Source: Fimbriosthenelais zetlandica
Taxonomy: Eukaryota
Assembly: GCA_977030845.1 (NCBI GenBank)
Contig: OZ365112.1
Location: forward strand, 19,964,001-20,028,000
DNA length: 64,000 nt
Direction: 5' to 3'
Of this stretch, positions 28,085 to 40,692 are shown in pieces (position 1 is the first letter of the stretch; each line of letters begins with the position of its first letter). The notes under the pieces were generated by a model. It was given only the letters and a program-made list of their open reading frames with translations, searched no databases and was not told the origin of the DNA. Position numbers and translations under genes: made by a program.

Positions 28085-29997
28085 GTGAGTGGTGTTCACT
28101 CTTACTTCTCACTACATTAATTACTTCCTTCTCTCTCCCTTTCTCTCTCTGTTTCTCTTTCTCTCTCTCCATCTCTCTGAACAAATTGGTTTTCTGAGCA
28201 TATTCATACATGAGCGCAGTATGCATTGGTTTCTGATTGAGTGGGTAGAGCTTTGAGAGCTCTTCCAAGCTTTATCTCTCCCCCATCTTCTCTCATCTCT
28301 TTCATTTAACTCTGTCTCCAGTTTGTCACCTATTTCTCAAGGATCCTCAGTAGAAGGATAATGATAAGAGCCTATAAAGTCGTGTGACTGAGGGTCTGGT
28401 GGGGGGTTAGATAGGGTGTGTATAGGTGCCCAATATTATACACAGGTATATATAGATGACCAGACTGACTCCTTGGGCAGCCTGCTACACTGGTGGTACA
28501 CTGCTCTAGGTACACTCCACTCTCCAACCATACAAATGTTTGCAAACCTTAAGCTTTTTTGTCCCTATTTCGTCTGAAAAATAATTTTAACTCTCGGGAT
28601 GATTATGTTTGAATTCCCCCAGCGATTCTGGCCTGAGCTAAAGGGGGACATCTGTAGGGTTCCTTGATGTTTTTATGTTTTGTAGTACAATATGACAGAA
28701 ATCACCCCAAGCACACAAGGCAAAAGGAGTTTTTCAGCAATTTTCTAATTTCCTGGTAGATATTGAAAATGGTAATAACTGCAATGCGTCTTGCATATGC
28801 CCCAGCACTACCTTCCCCCATGAGGCAAAAGGTCACATGGTATAAATGGATCCCACTGATTGGCTCTCTGTTTGATGGTCGCCATGGCAAACACCACTAC
28901 CATGTGGTAGAAATCATATAATACACGTCGCCTTACCACTGTATGACCACAGTCTTGGAGAAGATGATAGAAAACAGACTTATACCCGAGGCCCAATAGA
29001 TGGCCTTACAAAATGTCCCCTGGGAATGACTGAGAAAGAAAGTTGGTCAATGAATGTGATTTTTGTTATCATAGATTTCATGTTGAACATGTTAAAATGC
29101 GCTTCAGGGGATTCTTTTTAGTCAGGTAGGCTGGCTGGGATATTTTGAAGATGTTTACATGTATCTCCCTCAGTGTGCTGTGGTGGAGAGGGGAATAATT
29201 AGCTTAGTATTGGGGACGTCCTCAGTAAAAATATATTGGCCATATATTCTATACTGTGATACACCAGGGCAGACGGGAAAACAAGCCAGCTGGCTACTGA
29301 TCCTCCAGTCACTTGCTTGTGTTCAGCTGGTCGACAAAAAAACCCCAAAGGGCATGAGCTGCAGGCAAAAGGGAAATTACATGAATGCAAATAGATCAGG
29401 ACTGTCGGGTAAACATTCAGCCAGATTAGATCAGTGATGTTTTAGGGGAAATTTAATAGTTAAATACCCAAAGAATAAATAGTTTAGTTACATGGTTGAC
29501 ATGGCGCATTTTTCCCATGGGATGAATCTGCAAGCAAATTTAGGTGGTGGATGAATATGTTGTAGTCTGGATCGACAAATCAATAGTGTCAACACAGAGC
29601 GTTTGTATTATGCACCCTGGTTTTGTGTTGGTTCTGATATTACTACACATAACATGACATAGACAGTCTGAACACTGCCATATCACATGGCAGGGGTTTT
29701 ATCATTACCTGAGTTCTCTCATACCAGATTCGTGTCAGACATAGCAACTTTGACAAGAATACTTCTCAGGCATGCAAAGGAAATGAGTTTGTTTGTGAGT
29801 GGGTCACCTCTGATATATCTGATAATCAATGGAGGTAGAATCATGGTAGAACTCAATACTCTTTAAGAGAAGATATTATTAGAACTTCAGCTAAAGTCTT
29901 TAGCAGGCTGCTAGGTCTTTTAATGGTTCTTATCAGGCATAGACAAGCAGTGAAGTCTTGGTCTTCGTGAATCATCTCTTTTTTCCTTTCTTTCCAG

Positions 29998-30108
29998 ACA
30001 TATAGTCCTCTGCGGGCACATCACATACGAGTCCGTCTCCAATTTTATGTCAGACTTTCTTCACAAAGATAGAGAAGATGTAGATGTTGAGTTGGTTATT
30101 ATGAACAG
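29998..30108 (+). CDS. slo: Slo1 exon 8: RCK1 start
   Basis: tttccag|[36 protein letters not shown]+ag|gtgaga; 111 nt; RCK1 Ca2+-site Asp residues retained. Confidence 0.97.
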
Positions 30109-30209
30109 GTGAGAAGCAATGCAATACCTTGAGTATGAAAAGACTGCTTACAGGAAAAGATTCCAAGTTAAATGCCATCATTAACATCTTTTCTCTGTTT
30201 CCTTTACAG

Positions 30210-30315
30210 AAAAGAGCCAGATTTAGAATTGGAAGGTTTGTTTAAAAGACATTTCACCCAAGTGGAATTTTTCCAAGGAACTGTGATGGATGCTAATGAC
30301 TTGGACAGAGTCAAC
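30210..30315 (+). CDS. slo: Slo1 exon 9: RCK1
   Basis: ctttacag|[35 protein letters not shown]|gtgagt; 106 nt. Confidence 0.97.
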
Positions 30316-30653
30316 GTGAGTAATTGACTCTTCTTAACCCCAGGCGCCGAGCCAAATTACTCTCAACAATCAATCCCCATCTCCCCTTGCCATGGCAAAA
30401 TCCAACTTCCTCTCTCTAAAATGGCCAAATTAAATTCATTATCTGAGATACCCCGGCTTTAAAGGCAAGGACAGAGCTGATGGCAGTTTGTTTTTAGTTC
30501 CATGTTATTTTTCGATGTATTTCAATATGAATCAACAGACATCAGTTATACTTGAGAGATTGAAAAGCACAATACATATAAATAGCCTTTGGAAGCAAGG
30601 CTTTTTCTCCCTGTGACGATGGTAACTAATGCTTTGTCTGTTTCCATATTCAG

Positions 30654-30806
30654 ATCAAAGAAGCTGACGCCTGCCTGGTGTTGGCAAACAAATATTGTGA
30701 GGACCCAGATGCAGAGGATGCAGCAGACATTATGAGGGTCATCTCCATTAAAAATTACCACGCTGATATCAAAGTTATCATACAGCTGCTTCAATACCAC
30801 AACAAG
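30654..30806 (+). CDS. slo: Slo1 exon 10: RCK1
   Basis: atattcag|[51 protein letters not shown]|gtaggc; 153 nt. Confidence 0.97.
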
Positions 30807-30933
30807 GTAGGCCATCCATACCATAACCCTTTGTCAAGTTGGCAATATTTTCTAGCAAGTTACATCAAAAAACGGAATTCTATCAAGTCTTATAATGAAA
30901 ACCGGTCTAAAATTAATCTTTTGAAAATTGCAG

Positions 30934-31089
30934 GCTTATTTATTAAATATTCCAAGCTGGGACTGGAAGCGCGGGGACGATGCTGTCTGTTTGGCTGAAC
31001 TCAAGCTGGGCTTCGTGGCACAGAGTTGTCTGGCGCCTGGCTTCTCTACCCTCATGGCTAATCTCTTTACAATGAGGTCCTATAAAACG
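30934..31089 (+). CDS. slo: Slo1 exon 11: RCK1
   Basis: ttgcag|[52 protein letters not shown]|gtaagc; 156 nt. Confidence 0.97.
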
Positions 31090-33386
31090 GTAAGCATGGC
31101 TGATGTCAATCACTGTGGCTTCCTTATCTTAATCTAATCAGGCAATACCATTAATATATAAAATATATAAAAAGAATACCTAAACGTTTCAAATGTATAA
31201 TGAGAATAATTCCAGCAATTATGAAAGTTTTAAGTGAGGTAATTTTAGTAAGGATAATGAGTTTTGAATCGGTGGCTTCCTGGTGGCTTCCCTAAACAAC
31301 CACTGTTGTCGTCCTTGAATGGCTGGCAACAGCTGCTTCTTGTTACCACTAGGGGGCAACAGTGTTCTTGATGTGTTTCCATAACAATGATTCTAATTTA
31401 TGATTGCTGTGTGTTCACAACATGAAGGTATTCCTGTAATAAGAATTTTAAAGAAAGGATATCTTTCATTGGAATTTTGCTCTCTAATAGGGAGCAGTAA
31501 ACTTTGTACAGTTCATATAATTTATTTGGCAAATACATTTTGAGTTTTATGTTATACGCAGTATATTGGCATGATGATTAAACCAAAATGAATATCTGTC
31601 ATGATTATTTGTGTATGTATATAGGAGGTAAGGTCACATGTCTGAAAGGTAAGGATGGAGCTGAATCGTCATGGCCGTCTCTTTGTCTTCCCTGTGTTCA
31701 TGTAACAAACCATCACGTCCTCAAATAATACATCATTATTATCGTGACCCTAGTGTAAATTGGTCAGGCATATATGAGGTCAACCACAGCAGCTAATCCA
31801 TCCTTCTACATCACACTTATTACCTTTGGCTTACCACTACTCAGATTATATAATGGGCCTGTGTATATTCCTACCAGTTCTTGAAGAGAATGGACCAGGT
31901 ATTTGTGGTAAAAAAGAGAATACACAGAGGAGAGAGTACTTCTATCATTGGGTGCTATTAGATTCGTTATGATTAAATGAATTCTATTCGTGTGAATACT
32001 TGCATATATATTTTATATAGGTCTCTTTGGCAGTGATTCCAAATATATTGCTGCAAAAGCTTTTTTATAGATTTTATCCAACAAATTTGATCTGGCTTAT
32101 ATGAAAATTCATTTTCTTTCTTCCCTGAGATTTTCCATTAAATGCCATTTTTAAATGCCAGAAAATGTGGAGCACCTAATTTCTTCTTAAGATAGGCACA
32201 CATTTATTCCCAAAATGATCTGTTCAATTTGTTTCCCATTGAAATTTGGAATTTCTTGTTATTTCCCCTTTTCTTCGGGTTCTTTCGACCCAGCCCTCTT
32301 CTGAGATGTTGGCATCTCTTTGATGACCATAAGGAATTTAAGTCCTTTCTTCGGAATTAATTTTAAGGAGTTAAACTAATATATGTTTAATTCAACACCT
32401 TTTTTCAGAAAATTCTTCAGGTTAGAGGGTATAAAAGACCTTTCCTTACCCAGAATGCTTGTTTGAAAGAATTTTCAAACAATAGCTTTTTCTTTTGCCA
32501 TAACGTTGTCTCTTGAAGAGAACTCTCTTTTTTCACCTTAGCTCTAGACTTGAAAAGTTTTGGTCTAGACTGTTGACAAAAAAATACAGATTAAGTAGGT
32601 ATAGAAGTGTGTGTTATGTTCTATAATGACATTAAATGTATGTTCTTTTTCTGGACAATTGATGAGTAATTTTATCACGTGATTTATATAGAAAGGGGCA
32701 TGTTTTTATCATTAATGATTAATGGGGGTATTTTAGAGATGATTGCCAAGCCTTGCGGTGTCACAGTCTTGTGTAATTCATCGACCTTGTATATTTAGAC
32801 ATTTATGTAAAAAGGTAATCATGATTGTCTTGTACAATTCCTGATGATTCCAACCGCATGCAGAATGTTCATTCCACCCATTTCTCTCCCAAACCTTAAC
32901 CCTTCCCAATATGGCATTTCGTTAGAAATGTATCGATTAATCGTAATCTTACTTCCTTCCATTAATTTTATAATCAGATTATCGTTTTAACTAGTATATC
33001 CATTTTGCTTTAATTTAAAGCACGCCCTACAAACGGGTATATTTCTAATATGATTTAACGTAGAATTTACCTTTAAGTTTAATTTACCCATAACAGAAAA
33101 CCACTAATTTGATTACCCCCAGTCTTCACTTGTTTATGAATTCTTTACCAATACCACCAAATACATAAAATCCTTATTTGAATTTTAAATATTTTTTTCC
33201 AAAAAAATCTCATCTCATTAAGATGTATGTCCACCCCTCCCAGTCTCATGAGTTCTAAATCCTATGAGTTTACACTCCCTTTGCCCAGCATAAGTTTTTT
33301 GAAGTTTACCTTAAAGAGTGTATGCTTTTCTTCTTTTTCTATTTAATTTCTGTTTTATCACTTGTCTACTTATTTTTGCTTTGCAG

Positions 33387-33499
33387 TCTCCAGACATGCC
33401 ACAATGGCAGAACGACTACATGCGGGGGACGGGTATGGAGATGTACACAGAATATTTATCTCCTGCCTTCGTTGGCATGACTTTCCCAGAGGCAGCTGA
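33387..33499 (+). CDS. slo: Slo1 exon 12: RCK1
   Basis: ctttgcag|[37 protein letters not shown]+ga|gtaagt; 113 nt. Confidence 0.97.
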
Positions 33500-33597
33500 G
33501 TAAGTCATTGTTGGTTGTATAAATCATCAATTTACTATGGTAGCCAGGTCAGTAATCGCAAGCATTGAACGCTCAATATTGTAATCTTGTCTTACAG

Positions 33598-33756
33598 AAT
33601 GTGTTTCCTCAAGTTGAAGCTATTGCTGATTGCCATTGAAGCTCGAAGTGAAGATGGCACAGAGAGTTGTATAGCCATCAACCCTGGTCCTAATATTAAG
33701 ATAGACCCCAATACACAGGGCTTCTTTATAGCTCAATCTGCAGATGAAGTTAAAAG
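33598..33756 (+). CDS. slo: Slo1 exon 13: RCK1 C-lobe
   Basis: cttacag|[52 protein letters not shown]+ag|gtaaat; 159 nt. Confidence 0.97.
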
Positions 33757-33979
33757 GTAAATCTGATTATATTAACCTCTAAACCAGCTTCTCTAAACAT
33801 AATGCCCCCTACAAACCTAGATGCCAAGTAAAGCCTGGGCAACTAATTTCCGGAGTAACTAATTGCTCTGCTAAGCTATGTTAAATACTTATATTATATC
33901 TCTTTAAATGAAAATCAATGGGATATAAATGTTTCAGAGTAAAGCATTGTGGATGAATTGAGATAAATTGTCGTTTCAG

Positions 33980-34056
33980 GGCTTGTTATTACTGCAAGCA
34001 ATGTCACGGCGATATCATGGACGTCCGTGCCATAAAGAAATGTCGATGTAAAACAT
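33980..34056 (+). CDS. slo: Slo1 exon 14: heme-binding CKQCH segment, start of RCK1-RCK2 linker
   Basis: gtttcag|ACYYCKQCHGDIMDVRAIKKCRCKT+t|gtaagt; 77 nt, ends phase 1. Confidence 0.97.
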
Positions 34057-34795
34057 GTAAGTTGAAAAAGATTTGTTCTTTCCTTAGTACCTACAAGCTA
34101 TCATTTACAGTGGTGGTTTTCAGGGTGGGAGTAATAAGTAGTTTGTAACTAGTGAAGTCACAGAATCGATTACTTTTTTCCTGAATTCCACCACCCGGGA
34201 TATTAAATTCAACATTGTCACTTACAATAATTTCCACTTCATCTTATCAGAACTGCACACATTGTCCACATGGATTACTTCTTGTTCCTCTGTTGCCAGT
34301 ACTTTCATTTTTGTAGTACATTTTCACATAACCAATTGTCATTTGATCCTAAATTCCCAGCTTGACACTTGATACTCGATCCTTGATGCTGTGGTCGAGA
34401 AAATCTGATCACTCCCCCAAAGGTTCTGAATAGTATAAGCCATCTTGCTTTTCTGGAACAAATTAAGGCAAATGCTTGAAGGATCAGAATGGATGTGACA
34501 ATTGGTTTATAGTTCATGTAGTGGTTGATAATGATGATTATTATTCCAAATAGTAGGTTCTTCAATTTCTTTAGCATGTTGTTATACATTTCTGACATTG
34601 ACAGTCAAATTGACTGTCAATACGAATCTTTTCTGTGGTGTGGATTTAGTATTTTTAGCACGACTATAGAAGTAGTTTTTACCAACGGAAAATGTAGACG
34701 GCGAAATGATGTGAATGTATTTAGTGTGTTTTTCAGTTCTGCGTTTTCCCCTTTAATCCTGTCCATAGTGATACGATTTTTTTACGCTTTTATAG

Positions 34796-34801
34796 CCTTA
34801 G
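34796..34801 (+). CDS. slo: Candidate 6-nt microexon (CCTTAG; adds S-L after exon 14)
   Basis: ttttttacgcttttatag|ccttag|gtaatt; phase 1-1. Confidence 0.45.
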   Translation, partial: P

Positions 34802-35246
34802 GTAATTGGCTTTAGAACCAGCAAACTACTTCGATCGAGTTTGTGTTATTTTTACGCCTTCAGACCCTACATAATGTATTTCATAGCTTTGTGTTATGTG
34901 CACTATTTCATGTAAGGGGTGATTACCAAATCATGTGCGCTCCTGCTGTTTATTTCATATTCATTTGATTTGTTACGTTTGTGAAGTAAGCATACACACA
35001 TAAGCTTTATATTGACGTTTCTATTTTAGTAGCGTTAATAGGAAAGATATTTCACGATGATTTATTAGGCAAATATGATGAATCTTTAGTTGAGAGTGTG
35101 ATAGGCATAATTATTGTGGTGCCTTAGTGCTTAGTATATATCCACATTTATGCCAATCGTCCCCACTTTAATATTCATTTGCTTTTCATTTTGAATACAC
35201 TCACTGCGCTTAAATAACACCATTATATTATGTTTCATGTTTGAAG

Positions 35247-35264
35247 TTAACGGCAATGGGAAAG
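35247..35264 (+). CDS. slo: Candidate 18-nt microexon (x-NGNGK)
   Basis: tgtttcatgtttgaag|ttaacggcaatgggaaag|gtacat; phase 1-1, open frame; AAG acceptor is weaker. Confidence 0.45.
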
Positions 35265-36267
35265 GTACATTAGTTGTTAAATTTTATGTTGTATATTGTT
35301 TTGTTTTTGGGGTATATAATTATGTCATATATAGTCAGTGGTTAAGCATGACCTATCAATAATTCTATAGTCCTGAGGCAGCATAGTAGAGACGTTTACA
35401 AAGGTCATTGTCAATACAGCAAATCCCCTACATTGTATACAGACAAAATATGTTTATGGCTATTTACTCTCATACTATTCCCTGATATTAAAGAGAGACT
35501 AATATTAAAAAGATCATTGAAAAAATATAAATTGATCCATTTCTTCCCCTCGTGTAACTGTCCTAACATCTGAAATCTGAAATAATGCCATATGGGTTAA
35601 TGTTGGATGTAAATTCACATGCTGAAACAAGTCTACATTGCCCTCATATCCGTGTGACAATGGTGTCTGTATTTTATGTTCTGTGTTGTATATTGATATT
35701 GCCCTGCATGTGTTTTTATTCCCTTATGTAGCCATCCAAGTATATGTCCTATTAAATCCGATTTTTAAAAATGGAATATATAACAATACTTTTTGGGAGG
35801 GTTATTAAATTCATTCCTATTCTTTACGTTGTGATGATTATAACGATGGTTGAGCTAAGTATTTGAACTGCATGGGGCGTATGGTTTGCCTTAGTTAAAA
35901 CATGAAATGAACCACTCGTATTCATAGAATTTATATCTAAGGTTATAATTAAAGATCCCATAGACAAAGCATGGCTCCTTCAGATAGTTTATATAATGAT
36001 AAAAACTAATAGATTTAGTACTCGTGTAAATTATGTCCATCTCTGTCATTTATATATCTAACATGTTTTTAGAACGCAGACCTTTCCATGGAAAATAGAA
36101 ATTTATCTGTTGAAAACAGTTTTGAAGATATTTTCGTTGAGCAATATTGATATAAATGAAGAGAGGTCTGTGCTCATTCTACCTTTGTTTACTGCATGTT
36201 ACCGATTGATAATGAGTACACTGCATTGAGATGGGATGTACTAACACTAACCCTTTCATTTAAACAG

Positions 36268-36303
36268 TGAAAATGTTCAAAAAAGGAGCAAACGCCCTCA
36301 TAG
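36268..36303 (+). CDS. slo: 36-nt linker exon (L/V)KMFKKGANALI
   Basis: TACTAAC branch point at 36239-36245; aaacag|...atag|gtactg; phase 1-1; peptide matches the LAMFKKGA / LATFRKGV motif I recall from Aplysia and Drosophila Slo1. Confidence 0.85.
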
Positions 36304-37776
36304 GTACTGTGCTTTCCTCTTCCTCTGCTTCCCATTATTATTAACTTGCATTTTTCCAGAGTGTGCAGTGTGCCTGCTGAAAACACTTAGTGTGTATTTA
36401 ACAAAAATACTCTATAGATGGAGAACTTGTAATTGGCCCTGTATATATATACATTTTTGTGTACCTCTCCTAAGATGTCTTGTTGAGTATTGTCTGGGGA
36501 CAGTTCTTTTAGCTCTTTACATATAGCTCTTTACATATAACGTGAATTCTTCGTCATTACATCAAAATGTGTATGACTTTCTTAAGATGGATTCTCTCTA
36601 GATATTTAGCCATGTCTCTAGCTTTATATCTCGTAAATAATTGTTTTTTTAATATTCATATATGGCCTTTTCGATATCTCATGGCAAAAAATTCATCATT
36701 AAAATATAAATTCACATACAGCAAGGCATATTTAGTATTGGCTCACATTTGCGAGTGTTTTTCTCACGAGACTGAATTGCTTTATGCACCATTACTATGG
36801 AATAAATCCTTTCTCATTCTGACTTTTCCAATATAAATATGTGAATAACATGAAGGAGAATATCCTTTAAAAATTGTTTATTAAATCACACCCATATGTC
36901 GGCCAGTATAACGTGTCAAAATTAATCAAGGTATTAAATCAGTGATCTTTCTAAATGGAACAATCAGGGACATTAAACTATGTGTAAAGAAGACAATTGA
37001 AAAAGGATCCTAGTCAAGGATGGTGAATGGTTCTTATTTCTATTGAAAAATAACATGAATTGATTAGGTTCACCATTGCATGGCGGAGCTGGTCATGTCC
37101 ACTGCACATACTATTTTTTCACGCTAAATTTCAATAACTTAAGCTGAGCTGTAGTTCCTGCTGCTGCAACCGCTGGCAAACTAAAGCTGGCTGAAAAAAA
37201 CAAAAATGCCTTTAGAAAGGAAGGGGATCTGGCAAACATGATTTATTTGTGTTCTGTTTGCATGTTGCAAACCCTTTGGCTGATACAGGACACTGATTTT
37301 TGACATGTAATTGGTAATCGGATATCTCCTGCATACCACATGCAAACATGCTGCAATGTGAAAACTTCATTTTGTCAATCGCCCAATTTAGAGATTCGTA
37401 TTTTGCACAATGTAAGGGATAAAAAAAATCTCCCATCCGCATCAAAATCCTTTGACAAACCTTAACCACAAAATGCATTCGGTTACTTTGCACTTCATAT
37501 ACATATACCTGCAATCACCCATTGCAATTTCTGTGATTTTGTTTCTAAGAGACCAGAATATTGACTCCTGGGAATTGAGCTTGCCTAGAATAATCCATCT
37601 GTTCAAAGCAAAACATTGAAGAATCACGTTCATAGAAGGAGAGAGAACACTTTAGCTAGGGCCCTATCTGTGTGGTAGGAATCTAATGTAGATATTGCAG
37701 GAAAAGGTATATTAATGGGTATGTAATATAAGAATGCAGTGAAACCAGTCACATTTTACACTTGTTTCTGTTGCAG

Positions 37777-37812
37777 ACAGGCATTCTTTCTCAGACCTCT
37801 TTGCATTAGCGG
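37777..37812 (+). CDS. slo: 36-nt cassette exon x-RHSFSDLFALA
   Basis: cttgtttctgttgcag| ... gcgg|gtgagt; phase 1-1, open. Confidence 0.72.
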
Positions 37813-38426
37813 GTGAGTTCACAAAGAAATCTCATAGGATGGCTGGCATGAACGTAGAAAGGCATATTTAATGATCATTATCATTCAAACATTTAGAACA
37901 AAACAATGATTGATGGATGAGGAATTTTGATCTAGCAAGAGAGAGAATATTGAAGCTATTACTTACTACCATCCCCCGATCCAAACAATCACATGTACAC
38001 AATCTAGTTACCGTGATTGCTTTCTGCATAAAGCAAAAAAAATCCAGTATGCATGAATTTAAAAAAAATTACCAACTGATTTTAAATGATAACAGTAGGA
38101 AGCTATATGATATTGCTTTAGTTTGTACTTCTCGCAAATAAACCACGAAAAGTAATTATGGAACCTTAAATTAGAAATAAACTGCAAATAATGCATGGCA
38201 ATATTAGACAAAATGCTAAATATCTCTGCATGTATACATGATCCCCATAGTATCTAGTTGCTTAAATAGTTAACTGGATCTAAAAATTTTGCCAAGCTTG
38301 AGTCCCGCCTATAATTGTAGCTGCAATAATTAAAAATTAACTGTAAATTAAGTTTTAATGTAATTTACCTTCCTCCATTCAAAGCACTTGTCTGTTTTAC
38401 ATCTGACGAGTATTTCCTTCTTTCAG

Positions 38427-38441
38427 AGTCTAGGAATTCAT
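38427..38441 (+). CDS. slo: Candidate 15-nt microexon x-SRNS
   Basis: ctgac branch point, tatttccttctttcag|agtctaggaattcat|gtaaat; phase 1-1. Confidence 0.45.
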
Positions 38442-40101
38442 GTAAATGGAGTTTCTTATTCTCTTGACACAAAGTCTCGTATCGTCCTCTTCCATATTAT
38501 CCTGCTCTATGTTCAAGGACTCATGTCCCTCAACTTTAGTATAAAGGCAGTACACTCCTATGGGATAATGATACACATGGCCTTGCATGATTAAACAAAC
38601 TGTTAAGATCTGCTTGGAGAAAGGTGTCTCCCTCTCTTCTATCTAGAGTCAACCCTCTGTTCCTGTCTCCTCCAAAACAAATGTCCTCCATAGGGCGCAC
38701 AGAAAGGCTTTTAATAATATCGTGTAAAGATAAGAAAATTAAGTTACTTAAGGGAACAAAAGAGAAGAAACCTAGTAAATAATTAAGTTCACGGGTAAAA
38801 AGTTGATATGTTAATCATTTCCTACTTCCTGCATGTGGCTCCGCCCATTATGCCTGCAATATCTATCTCTCTGATTTCTGTTCGGTGTTGTCATTTGTCT
38901 CTATGGGCCTTATTATAAGTCTATACATGATGATATAATGCACTAGATGCGTGTACCAGAGCTGCTTCCAGTCATAGAAAGAGGCACACAGCCTTCTCTC
39001 ATTACTTACATTTAAACAACATGGTCAGGTTAATCAATATAAGGACATGCACATATTCATTCTTCCATCACATAACCTGCTGTCCTGCTGTGCCTGTCAA
39101 GTGTCAATGAGGTACTTAACTAAAGGACACGACATGCAGGCAATCGTTTATAAAAGGACTTGTCTCTGCGAAGAAAAATATTCTATTTTGAGGAAGATAA
39201 AGCACTGGCCGGCAATAGAAGGTGTACATATTTTCTTTAAGATAAAAGGCTAATAATTCCATTTGTGATATTTTCTTTAGATGACATTTTCTCTCCGATA
39301 ATATAATTGAGGAGGATTTTATTGCTTGTGTGCCTCTCAGAAACACAATGTGTGTCAGCTGTTAAACTGGGCCAGTCCATCTGTAACAATGATCATATAT
39401 GATATCCATGAATCCCAAATCATTCTTGAAAAAGTTAAGCCTCTCAAAATTGTTATATTTTTCTTATGGTTATGTACAGATGGACTGTCCCATATATTAC
39501 CTTCCACATCTCCTCATGCCTTGTCTGAGCTGTACATCTGTAACTTACTTCTATACGAAAATGTTTATTCCACTCTTTCACTCCTGTGAAATGCTGTCAA
39601 GCCGAACAAGGCATCAAATCTAAGGCACCTTGTATATTTTTCACCCGGCTTTCACAATATACTAATTTCAAAATCGGAGACTAACTAAAAAATATTTTAT
39701 ATATTTTCAAATGTTTCGTAATTGGTATATCAGTTAATTAAATAACCAATATGTTACCTATTATAAGAATCGTGCATACAATCTGATTATAAGGTGTAAA
39801 ATATTTAATGACAGTATGAGATTCTATTGTTCACCTTGGTTCTTGTTCAATCCTGAAGGGTTTCAAGCATGTATCTACATGCATTGTTAAAAGAATTTAA
39901 CAAAATATTTTTACAGTTCTTGTCGAAATACATTAACCCCCTTGTATTTCAGGATCAATTAAGCAACATACCGTCTACAGTATAGTTTTGTTGATGTGCA
40001 GTCTATGTTAGAATAATGTGGGAGAAAAAATGTTCAAATTAGTTGAGGTACTTCTGCGCTCTATACAATCCGATTTCCCCCCTGTTTTTCATCATTTTTA
40101 G

Positions 40102-40161
40102 CTGTTCGAAAAATTACGTCCATCAGTCAGGCGACCCTTTCTGCAATGGATTCTGAAACCT
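40102..40161 (+). CDS. slo: Candidate 60-nt cassette exon x-VRKITSISQATLSAMDSET
   Basis: ttttcatcatttttag| ... cct|gtaata; phase 1-1, open, coding-like composition; donor moderate. Confidence 0.55.
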
Positions 40162-40692
40162 GTAATATATATCAAAAGACGGTTATTTTAGATGAGAAAT
40201 AATATTTGACTTGGAATACTAACATTAGTTCACGACTAATTAATAAGAATAAAACTCAGTGTATATTGTGATTGAGGTGTACAAACTATAAAAGTAGACT
40301 TTCAGAAAAGAAGATTAAAAACAGGATTCACAATCAATTGATCGACTGACTAAAGTTAAAAAGAAAGAAATCAACAAATGCCGTATCCATGGGCAGTCTA
40401 CAAAAGTCAAACGTACAGTTCAGTGTGGACCTAAAGTCGCTTAATATATACACAACAGTACTAATTATATTCACCTTTATGTTCCTTGCGTTTCATGCTT
40501 CAGGTTAAACACTTTTGTTGAAAAAACATTTTTGTTATCTTTAAAACTGCTTAACTGAAATCACCTGTTGCATACTTGGCTGTTTTTAACAACATTTGTT
40601 TGCAATATTTTTTCCCTTTTCCCTCTTTTTCATTAATTGATCACATGAAGCTTACCCAAAATACAACTCTGACAAGTACAATGCTTTCCCAG

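Noticed and set aside
34251-34298. 48-nt symmetric segment right after exon 14
   Set aside because: Joining to exon 14 gives TAA at once, and the donor (cca|gtactt) is weak.
36360-36428. Strong acceptor with ECAVCLLKTL frame
   Set aside because: Only 56 nt after the previous donor, and only weak donors are available.
37155-37310. Open frame VPAAATAGKLKLAEKNKNAFRKEG...
   Set aside because: Poor polypyrimidine tract and no credible donor before the stop.
38694-39979. Further symmetric candidates of 81 nt (38694-38774), 42 nt (39341-39382) and 27 nt (39953-39979)
   Set aside because: Donors are weak; such segments are expected by chance when any GT is allowed. Kept only as low-priority targets.
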